From Raillietiella orientalis (taxonomy: Eukaryota): 64,000 bases of DNA. Below, one piece after another: positions 35,651 to 47,001 of this stretch. The notes beneath the pieces were generated by a model. The model searched no databases. It saw only the letters and a program-made list of their open reading frames with translations, and had not been told where the DNA came from. Made by a program: the position numbers and the translations under genes. Each line of letters starts with the position of its first letter. Positions within the stretch are counted from its first letter, which is position 1. The DNA lies in contig JAYWIR010000011.1 in NCBI GenBank assembly GCA_036172245.1, forward strand, positions 434,001 to 498,000, in the 5' to 3' direction.

Positions 35651-37476
35651 TTTTATCCGTCTGCCGTCCCTTTCGCTGCCGAGACATACCTCGATGGTCT
35701 GCCTAACGGCTATCCGGCAAGCCTTGCATGTCTTGGAGGTGGCAGAGTCCTGTGGCAGAGTGGAAATTTGTTTTCCATATAAGATGAGCCCCGGCGGACC
35801 AGGTGGAAAACGTCTGCGCGCATTCCGGGTGCTGGAGGAACCTGTGTGTGTGTGTGTGTGTGTTATTTCCTAGTTCGAGTTCGGTTTTCCTCCCAAGCTC
35901 ACCTTTTGACTCCGAAGGTCACTCTTTGGTACCCTGTTTTGGAAGCTGTGCTATCCCCCTTTCAACATCCTAACTGCTGGGACCGCTCTGTACCCCAATG
36001 CTGAGCTCGATGGGCACCGGGCGAGGGAAGAACCGACCTGCCTGCAAACCGCGGCAAGCAGCAAGGGTCTCGGGCGCCCCAGACAGCAGTTCCAAGCCAG
36101 CCTAAGGAGGGACTACGTGTGTCCCGCCCACACCACCCCTTCCTCCGCGCCGAAATGAGCAGGCGGCACGACGGAAGTTCTCAGCCTCTCGCTCATGCAG
36201 CGGATCTCTTCAGATTTCTGGAGATGACCCGAAGTGATTCTACCGTCATTGTGCTTTGCTTTTTACCTCTTCCTTTCGCCTCCGGAGAGAGAATTCGTTT
36301 TGACCTCCGTAGTCTGCTTTCTCCCCATCCAAAGCTGAATCTGAAGGCCTGCTAGGCGCTTCCGTAATCCTTCCCAAAGTGGAGAGGACGGACGGACTAC
36401 GTCAGGAAAACCGGAAGCCGTGCGGTGAGCTCTGCATTCTTCCAGGAGCACAGAGGTGATGCTCGAGACCACCATCGTCCTCATCGAGTGGGGTGTCCGC
36501 AGGAACGGATCAGCGCGCATCGGCGAAGCTCGCTGCGCAGTTCTGAGGAGTCACAAGCGGGCTCCACCGGGAAAGTGGAAACACGGTTCGAAGGTCATGT
36601 CTGTCTCGAAGCGGAACCGCCGTTTCCTGCTCCAAAAGGCTACCCGAAAGAAGCAGAAGGGAACATGCAAGCTACGATAAACCCGAGAGGTTCTTCTCGA
36701 AGCAGCAACGCTGGCATCCATCCACGAACATGTGTTCCCTTCTTTCCGCGGACTGAAGCATGCCTCCGTGAGCACGCGTTGCAAAAAGAATCCTTAGATG
36801 GTTACAATGAGGTCTTCAGTCGAAGCAGCAACAACAGCAGAGCAGCTGACAAATGAGTTTTTTCCTCAAAACCGAACATCGCTAAATGCATTTGGGAGTT
36901 TCTGCCTTAAATAGTTTGTTTATTCATCGAGTCATCCATGTTACTTACGGATTTCACTGGACGTCTTGGTGACAACTCGCTTTTCGCAACTCACCAACGA
37001 ATCAATATCTAAACCGCTCTGCAAAATGCTTATAAAGTCTGTTGGTGATATTATAGAATTGGTAGGAGAAAGGTGATAGATGTCGTGTCCACATGAGTTC
37101 GCTCACCTTATGTATGCACATGTGTTTTAAAGCCTTGTAAAGTTTTTCAAGTTAATAGTTGCATTCGCATTTGGCTCACAGAATTTCAATCGAACTGGTC
37201 TATTGATTCAAATTCGCGATTCCCGAATATTCTTCAGTATGAAAACCAAATCTAGCTGGCGTCAACAACAGACCGATAAACTGCGTTCAATGAATATGTA
37301 GAGGTCACCCTAAAGCAGGTTTCATTTAGTCCCGACTGGGAGCTCACGTTAGAGAAGACATTTGCATTGCCATGTATTCAGCTCAAGAACGCTGTTATTT
37401 AGAGAGGGAACCGGAGTACACCTGAAAGACCATTGGTCATGAATATCATTATTGTTATTCGTTTCAAATATAACTT

Positions 37477-39220
37477 TTATTCGGATACCTCGATGGAAAA
37501 ATGAACCAGTGCTTCCAGCCCTGGAGTACGATTTCCGTGTTCAACTCCACTGTCCGCATCGTTGCTTAAAGCAATAGCTGCTTCGGTGTGGTGCAAGTCG
37601 TGACCAAGCTTCTTATTTTCTCTAGTCAGTGGGCATAGTTGGTGTTGGCAATTCTGGAACACATTTGGAAGACTTCCCTTATATTTTCTGAGGTCTGTGA
37701 CTAACTGCTCAGAATTCTGCATCTCTTGAGTGTTGAGTTGCAGTTGTATGACATCGCTGATGTTCCCCATTTTAATTCTTTACATGTGTTGCGTGAACTG
37801 GTCACTGATTATCCTGAATGTCAAAATGTTGAAGATACTCCATATCACTTGTGCTCAATACCTGTTCAGTATGCTTAAGTAATTTCAGGAGCTCATCAGC
37901 TGCTATCAGTTGACGTTCTTTAGCGTCACAGTCACGCAGCAAACCTCATATTTTCCGTAAGATGTGATTTCAAAATTCTATAGTTTCCTGTAACCTTCTG
38001 AAGCTCTTGCTATATAGGTTATGTTCTGCTTCACAATCTTCTATTTTCGGAGGAGCTTTTCTTCTCCATTACAATCAATCGATCATATAAGCTCATTTTC
38101 GTATTAGACAGGCCTACGGAAATTAGGACTTGAAGATGAAGATCTAGAACATGATTTTGAGTAGAACGAATATGATTAAATATTGTTGAGTCTTCCCGTG
38201 TGTCTCTGGGAACCCAAGCAATGGTGATTTCTGCTACTCGAGAAGTCTCTCAAAAGGAATACTCTTGATGTTGAAACAGTGATCAAGTGAGAGAACCATT
38301 GTAAGTTCGAGATGAAACACTGTTTGAAGAAGAAATCTCCAAGGTCAAGACCAACAGCAGTTAAGAGCAAAGTAATGCCAGAAAAAGACAGTTAATATGA
38401 AAGTACAAAAGGATCACTTATGGCGACTCGAGACGCATCACTTATAATAGCCATTCCATCAATATAGTTACTATATATAGACGCCTTTACCCTAAATACA
38501 TAGACTGCATACAAGGAATGCAATGGTAAAGCTTGGATGCAATGAGTTTTGAATTCGCTCGCAGAATGCAAACCTTGGTTCTTATGATGTCAATATTCAA
38601 AATGTATGTATGTTAATATTATTAAGCAGCGCTTAAAAAATGGAAATTCTTAAAATCATTCTTGAGAGAATGGATTTTGGTATGATATTATAGTCACATC
38701 AAAAACATTCTTTGAATGGTTATTCTTCTAAAGTCAGAAATCCTTAATGACAGTCACACTGAAAAAGTTAACTGATTGCTTTCAATTGAGAACACAGTAA
38801 CTGCGTTAGAGCCTAATATGGCTGCGAAACCCCTAGAGATAGTTGTTCTTTCAGAAAGCGAGCAGACTTCATTAATTCGGAGATGACTCTGATGCAATTC
38901 ATCCCATGCTTCTGAAGAGTATTTGACGATTCAATCGATCTTAGTGCTCCAAGTTCTCTCCTACAAATCGCATGAGTTGTTGTTCACTACTGCCAAATTC
39001 GAAGAAAGAGAATTCATGTAGTTCACGATTTCTAGAATAAATTTTAGGAAACCAAGAATTGCTCATAAACATTCCTCAAATCTTGAACCTTGATTGCATA
39101 AATATTAAATTTATTATATAACAGAGTGAAGGCTGGTCACCCTGCATTCTCAAAATAAAAATCTAATCTACTCACTGCGCATTGCTACTTGCAACCTGAG
39201 CATAAGATGTTCTTTTCATG
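37477..39220 (-). pseudogene. Possible decayed coding sequence (coiled-coil-like), unidentified
   Basis: Protein-like frames broken by isolated stops, for example KIEDCEAEHNLYSKSFRRLQETIEF*NHILRKI*GLLRDCDAKERQLIAADELLKLLKHTEQ, plus ORF 37477..37770. No family recognised. Confidence 0.25.
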
Positions 39221-40993
39221 GAACTTGTAGTGTACGAAATCAAACGTGTGATGTGCCAATTCGAGTTTCTGCTGTTGACTTGTTCAATATGTGAATGATT
39301 TTGGAAACCTTAAATGAAAAGATGCATCACGATCATCACATTAAAAATGAAAACTGAGTCTTTTTGTGCATTAAAAATATGTACGTTTATGATTGTTTTG
39401 ATCTTAATGTAGTCAAGTGATAATTATGCCAGAATCGTGTTAGTAATGTTTAAAAATTTATGAAAATCAAATAGAAAAAAATGGTAAACGAAAGTTCCAT
39501 TGTACGATTTAAGTTTTCGAAACAAATCCTTTTATCGAGTCTATTGTTGAAAAATGTGAACGGCAGAAATCTGAGAATTATTGCTTTCTAAAGTATATTC
39601 CTTAATATTTTTTGTTTATCAATTATCTCAATTAAACTTAATGAACGGAGGCATTACTTGTTTTCTGCTTCAAGTATTCAAGTAGTTTTACGTAGCATAA
39701 ATCATTTGTATGTTGCTGTTGCAATTGTAAATTTGTTTCACACCGATTTTTTTTTTGTCCTTTCTCATGAAGCCTTAAAACCTATTATTAGTAAAAGTGA
39801 ATAAAGTATATATGTATTCAAATGCAAAATGGACTAGTTAATAGTGATCTTTCTTCACCCATCCTGTTTAATTCCCAATTCTGTTTGTGAAGTCCTTTTT
39901 AAACTTAAATGATTTAAAATTTTGACGCTAAGATTCAGGTCAAATGCTGGAAAACCAGAAATGCTACTGAAAAACTTAAGTAAATAATATGTTTGAGACA
40001 TTGACTCTTCATTTCTTTATTCAAGATTGAAGTCATTCAGCAGATGACTCAAAAAGATAGCATGATAAAATGTTTGCAACAGAAGTACACATTGATAGGC
40101 ATTATTGGTATTTATGAACTTATTGAGATTTCTTATTTTTGATGTACCCTTAATTCCGATGTATGCTTTTTTAATACTTTGAATGAAATGCATTACATAG
40201 TGAAGAATATGAAGGGGGACTTTGAATCTGTTCCCACTTAGTATTTAGATTGCCACCTCCAGTATCATAAGAAAACACTGTTTTGAGTAGAAAGAGTGCG
40301 AGTAAGAAGAATCATTGAACTGAGTATTCAAATTCAGTGCATGTATCTGTTAATTTGCTTAAATTAGTCATAGCAAGAATTGCAGTGCTTACATTCAGTT
40401 TCAGAATGTGGTTAAGAGTCATCAATTTGTTTGTAAACTCTAATCACTTTTATGACTAAGTCTTGGAACCTTTGTTGAAACCAAATCTTCAGCATTTGGA
40501 GACCACTTTATTTTTAATTTTTACAACAACATGTGAAGTGTTTCTAAAATGAAGGGTTTTCATAAGTTTCATGATTAGCAATTTAAAACGTGAAAATAAG
40601 TTTTCAAATTTCAAAATTGTGCTTGTAAATTAGGAAGAATGGGATCCCACATGCACACATTCACATGCAAGAATGTTTAAGAGCTTGATTAAGTTTGTTT
40701 GCATTTTATGTAATATAAGTATATTGAATTGATAATTTTTTTTTTTCTTATCATGATGCATTGTTTATTACGCTGCGAAGCTCTGTTGCTAAGTTTTGCC
40801 ATTTGTGTTTGGTTTTCATTTAACTTTGTTGTTGTTCACATCGTGGTGTACTGTTTGTCACTGTTTATCAGTTAGCCATGGCAAGAATTTAGGAATTTTT
40901 AATTCAGTTATACAGATTATTTTGTGTTTAGGAAATATTTCTTCTGGACTCTCCTTCCGGTGAAAAACAAGAAGATATCCTGATCTCAAAATA

Positions 40994-43900
40994 ATGGCTA
41001 ATACTGCACACAAACCAATTCCTTCCAATAAATCAAAAAAGAAAATTATTAAAGTCAAGCATCAGAAGTTGAAACTAATGAGAGAATTTGATGAGTCATT
41101 ATTAGCAGTATTTACATGGGGCGTCAATTACACGGTAGCTTGATTAAAGGCCTATTTTTATATGCCAGAATTTCTATAGATAAATGAGATCGGTCGATTC
41201 CCACCACCTGCACTGCTCATCAAGGAAGATTTTCATGCTTTTTCTAAAATTGAAATCACCAACAGGAATTTTAATGAGTATGTAATAATTTGGACAAACA
41301 AGTATCTAATGCAAATGTATAGAAAATATTTTCCTAATGAATTTAAAGTGAAAGTTTATTCACCCAATGTTTTTCGAAATCTGAGGGAAAAATTTAGAAT
41401 AGTTGAAGAAGCATTTAGGGATTCTTTGGCAAAATCTCTTCCATACCCTGTAGACTTTTCAGGGAGAAGTGGGTCCAAATTTTATGCTTCCCATGATAAT
41501 TTATATATAATAAAACTACTTTTACCTGAAGAATCTGTGGAAATGCACTCATTTCTCAAGTCATATCATCCTGTAAGTACATTTATCTTGTGTGTGTGTG
41601 TGTGTCTGTTTTGTTACATGTTGCTGTCATGATTCAACAAATGTTGCTTTCTTCAGTCAAGATAAATTTCGTGTGTAAACGTATGTCCATAGTAACGACT
41701 TTGTTTATTAACATTTTTCATTTACTAACATGAGTGAGATACGTAAAACATAAGTAGAATTGAAAATGTTTTTGTCTCGATTGTTTTGGTGGTGAGTTAT
41801 AATTTTTCTTTGGTTATGCATTATTTCATTTGTTGTAAGTATGGCAGGTTCAATAGCACATTTCAAGTATACCACAAAAAGTTTCATTCTGCAATTTGAA
41901 ATTGGTATGGCTCAAATTTCTAAATCTGGTATTTAATGTAGTAGTTATCCATCAGTTTGATTCAAAATGTATGTTAAGTTGAGTTGATGTACCTATTGAT
42001 TGACTGAACGACGCTCTGCAATTTCCGGGGGAAATCTTGGTGATTTTCTATCAAATGTTTTTGTCTCACCGTTTCTCACATTATGCCCAACAAGCGACAA
42101 ATAAGTACATTTGTGGTGCATCGTCTTATCAACGCTTGTGTGTGTGAAGTTCCGAAAAGAATGAATGTCCGTCAATCTGCATCGCCCTGAAAAAAAACCT
42201 CTCTTAAGGACTAAAGTTGCAATCCGGAAGAAAAGTTGCTTTTCGGAATGTGAAATACGAGAGATTGCAAACAAGAGTGCCGATGATTCCTCCTTTGTGC
42301 CCTTCTATCCAATTATCTCAGTTATTGACTTGGAAATTTTTCGGTTGCACGCGGTCATGGGTTTGTGTGTGTTTATTTTGGATCAAGTCGGTTGTGTTCG
42401 TGTTACCGTGTTTGTGTACCTGCCGCGCGTTACTGCAAGTTGTGCCAAAGTCAACCAGTTCGCCTTTCATGAAATGATGATAAATCAAACCAGGATTCAG
42501 TCCTTTTATGTGCATCTCCTGGAATAGCGTCTCGCTAATAGAAATCGGTATCAGCAAATGTGGAAATGTCAGTGCGTATGAATCACTCTTTGCAGCTCCA
42601 ACCTTGATCCACTGGAAACTCGGCAGGGTCGTATTTTCCAGAACGTTTGCTATGATTTGCATTTCACTGTGCTGATGATGGGCTCTTCGTTTTTTGATCT
42701 TCATCAGATCTTCTCGTACCGGTGCACCCGAATTGCACCCAGTTCAATCGTCGTCACATAACCAAGTCACTCGATCATCAAGTCTCGCTTATTTTGTTTT
42801 CCTCTCCCCCCCCCCTTTTTTTGGGGGGGGGGGGAAATAATGGGCCGCAAGCCTTTCTTTGTGTGATAGAACTGTGCAGAGCGGTTGAGTGTGCCATATT
42901 CGGGATTACTCGAGTAGGTGACGGGAGAGAATCCCCTGAACGAGGTGACTTTGTTGAGGTTGCTCGCACGGAAGTGTACACGAAAGGTGCAGAGTGAGCC
43001 ACCTTGTGTGTGGCCCACCGTACGATGTGTATCGCAGAGCTGCGTGTTTGATTGGGATGATGGTGCCCAGCAGCAGCATAGGAAGAATCATTGCTCTTAG
43101 GGAAGGGGGAAGAGAGCCCGCGCTTTGCTTCCATGGTAATGCCTCCGAGGGCCCACCCTCCTTCGGGATATCCGCTTGCTGCGCGTTCGATCTACTGATG
43201 AAAGGAACTTTGGTGGATTCTTGATTCCCATTCTCTGTCGTTTGTCTTTGGAAGTGGATGACCCGATCCAGCCATATCTGCTCCTTTTTTTTTTTTTTTT
43301 TTGGTTGTTGTTGTTGCTTTTCGCTTGTTTTGTTCTGTAACCGCACGCGTGGATTTGTAAGAGCACTTGATTTTCATCTATGTAGGTTTGTTTTTGCTGC
43401 AGCGCAACGTCAGGTTTCACATCTGAAAATGTCCGAGCAGCATCTCAGCAACACCTTTTTGCTTTTGTTTGTGAGATTGCGGCGAGCGGCACGGTTTCCG
43501 ATTGCTTTCGAATGCCGACTGCTCACCTTTAAATCTTTCCCACGGTGCAAGTCGTGTGCACCGTGGTGCTAAAACTCGTTCTGTCTGAGTCAGGAGAAAT
43601 CGGCAAACTCTTGTGGCTTGTGGAGAATAATTTGAGTACTTGAATATTAGAGAATGATCAATTTCATTGACAAGAATGTTAACGTTTTCGCCCTGATTCC
43701 TTAGTACATAGTCGAGAGGAATGGAAAAACGCTGCTTCCTCATTACTTGGCGATGTATCGCATCACAGTCGAGAAAGTGGAATACTACATGGTTGTGATG
43801 AGAAACATATTTAGCAGTCATGTAAACATCAGTTGCAAGTATGATCTCAAAGGATCGACGGTCGATAGAGACGCTTCCAAGAAAGAAAAGCGAAAAGCCG

Positions 43901-44228
43901 TTCCCACCTTGAAAGATAACGACTTCATCAAGAATGGCATCAAAATAAATATTGGGTCTGAAGCCAAGAAAAAGCTTATGGAGACTCTTACATCTGATGT
44001 GGAGGTAGGGGGTGATTCGTGGAGTTGACACTTGCCGTTTGCACTGCTCATTATAATCTTGCATTCATAAGCTATCGAATTTAAGTCTTGTTGCCTCTGT
44101 ACCCAGACGACTTGAGTTGATGGATATTTTGCTGTGTGATTTTCCCCTATACAGTAGTGGTTGTGCTCTTTCCCTACGATTTCCTCTGTATCTGCAGTAC
44201 ATATCTGTGTGTTTCTGATAGTGTTTTA

Positions 44229-44297
<69 letters not shown>

Positions 44298-46949
44298 GTA
44301 TATGTATATATATATTCTCTCCCCGACTTACTCATCCAGAAATTTCGATGCTGTAATTCTCTTTATGACTCCTCTGAGTGGATTTTGCCGATGATTTGCT
44401 TTCTTCAGGATGCTGAGTTCCCCGTAGTAGGAGCAGGGCACGAAGTGGATGAATTCTGGAGGCATTACTAAGAAATATTCTAGCGCTAGTGTGGGAAAAG
44501 AATCAAAAGTAGTGGTGATTGTAAATGCTTCCACATAACTTATTGTAATCGTAAAGGCTTGTTTTCAATGTCATCATTTTTGCTCAACTATTCTGTGATT
44601 CCGCTAATCGTTCGTGTCACCCATGAAAACGCTTGCAACTTTGTGGTGCAGTGCAGAACAAGACCTTATGGTTCGAGCCTTCCCTTTTCCTTCACCAGCA
44701 TCAGTGTTTCGAAATGCGTAGGAGAAGAGAAGAAAACACACAAGTGCTCGCAATGGAATCGAAAGATCCATCGCAACGGCACAGTCTTTCAGTCAATTAA
44801 TGTATCGAATGTTTTTTTCCGCATAGTCATTTTTTATGTTTTTGTGTTCCAAGTTTTTGACAGTCAGCCCCTATTACTGATGGTCCATAAAACATTTTAT
44901 GGGATGCTTGAGCGTGCATGACGGATCGGTGGCATCGCTTCCAAGTCTCGTGCTTCTGTGGCGAGGCATGAAAAGCGGACGGATCTCGTTGTTTCCCGCC
45001 CGTATGAAGCGATTTATGTACGCGTGTTGCTGTCTTGTAGGGTATCAGTGGGATTTGGTGGGACCTCAGCGAACGCCCCCGTGCCTTTAAACGCAGTTTG
45101 ATCACCCGCTTCTGCGCCCCGCGCATTTCCAACCCCATCCTTTCAGCAGAGCGATCCCCAACATGGTAGCCCACATGCCCCTTTACAGGTTCACGCCGTA
45201 GGTCCAGTCACTCCCTTCAGTGCAACTCAGACCTGATGAGAACCACCCGCAACTGCTGTTTCCCTGTCTTCTTCCTGATTCTTATCAGAACATGGGTCCT
45301 TTGTTTATTTGGGGGGAGGGGGGCATGATCAGTGGACGACTCTTGTTAGTGGCGATGGGTTTGGGATGCAGAAGAGTTTGTTTACGGTTCGTTCTCAGTT
45401 TCATTGTGATGAGCTGACGCGCATTTGCAGGAGGCTACGTTGGCTTTTCTAGGTTCAATGCCTTGCTGTGAGCACCGGGACAGTTTGGGTTGGGTGATGG
45501 GTTGGTCGTGGACCAGTTTGCGAGTGCGGACGTACTTGTTAGGTATTAAAACGGATTTCCTGGTAGTGTTGTGAAGCATGGTGGATGCATGGTTGAGAAC
45601 AGGTGTTCAATCCTTGTGTTCAAATTTCACAAAGAGTTTCTGATGACTGTCCGGAAGGTTTCCTCCGGAAGAAGTCGTCGCCGCCGCTCGGCGCGAGCTG
45701 TTGTGTGCGCCGCTGCTTTACCAAGCGGCAGCAGCCTCGAGAGTGACAACTTGAATTGTGTGTGCACATTGGGCAGTTCGTATCAGCTTACGAGTACATG
45801 TGAAAGCAGGCCGAGCAACGAACCAGGCGGAGACGGGAAAGTATGAACGAAATGAAAACAAAAGACTCGGACTTTATGCGAACTGATCCGCTGATCTTCG
45901 AGGGAGCCTGTGATTTCCTGCTGTTTATTCCCGAGGAAACGTATCTCGACGTGTGAAGTGATCGTGGAGTTCGTTCGGGTCATGACTTTTCACTTGCCCA
46001 AGGAATCGCATTTTAATACCCGTTGGCGCGTAGATTGTTCAGTGGTCGCAGTGCTCTCTGACTTTTCGCTCGTAAACTCTGTCCATTCTTCGTGGTTATG
46101 ATCTTCGTAGTGATTCCGAGAGAAGATATTAGAAATGACAAGCCCATTGCCCTCGTCGGAGGCCGTATGGTTACGGTAGTCTCCACGCGTGGCACCATGC
46201 GTCGTGGGTTCGAATACTCCGAAAGAAATCGACGCAGTGCGTCGTGGGTTCCGAGTTCCTCCTCCTGCAAGATGACGCTGGTCGGCCTCCATTCGTTCGC
46301 GTGGGGCGCCGGTAGCGGTGGAAACCGGATGCCCCCCGATGAGGGCCGGGACAAATGGGAGTCGATCTCCGGGTCCTTCCAGGAATCACGGAGTGGGAGC
46401 TTCCTTCCGGTTGTGGAGGAGCGGACCCCCCATTCCGCCATTCCGGGGGAACCCTCCGCGTCGTACTGATGGAGCAGGTGTGTCGCCACCGCCTCTCCAG
46501 GGAGTGCAGAGAAGCGAGCCGATCCCTTCGGGGAAGCTGCGTCCTTCTGAATTTCAAAAAAGCCCGTCCCTTCTGGGTTCTCTTCAGAGAAGAAAGAATG
46601 GAGGGGAACAGCATCCGGGGGCCCTCCGGAGAGAATAAGGAAGGAGGATTCTCTTCTGGATTCCCCTTCGGCGACAACCAGGGTGGAGGCGATCTCCATT
46701 TCCGGGGATCCCTCCCCAGGTGCGAGAGGAACGGACTGCGAGTCCTTCCTGGATTCGTAGGGCGGACCCCTCCCGGGGTACCCCCTACCACGGTTCCACT
46801 CCACCCTCGGGTGGAGTCCAACCGTGTCGAAGAACTGCGAAGACAGAAAAGGATTTCCATCAATCTGCTTCTCTCCAAAGGGCTTGTCATTGTAATGGTA
46901 CCGCCATGTAAACGGACACGAGCCCACACTAATGACTGCTTACATGATT

Positions 46950-47001
<52 letters not shown>

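Noticed and set aside
1..36000. Abundant G-runs and purine/pyrimidine tracts as a specific G-quadruplex system
   Set aside because: They are ubiquitous across the GC-rich domain with no localised pattern and are explained by composition.
37780..38400. Stop-codon readthrough or an alternative genetic code in stop-interrupted frames
   Set aside because: All three stop codons occur, and neighbouring genes use the standard code. Mutational decay is simpler.
42470..42680. Intronic C/D-box snoRNA (ATGATGA ... CTGA)
   Set aside because: No terminal stem or recognisable rRNA-complementary guide, and the motifs are short enough to be chance.
46149..46222. Functional tRNA gene
   Set aside because: A and B boxes are present but I could not build a convincing cloverleaf or find a T-run terminator. 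The head varies between copies and is attached to a repeat body.
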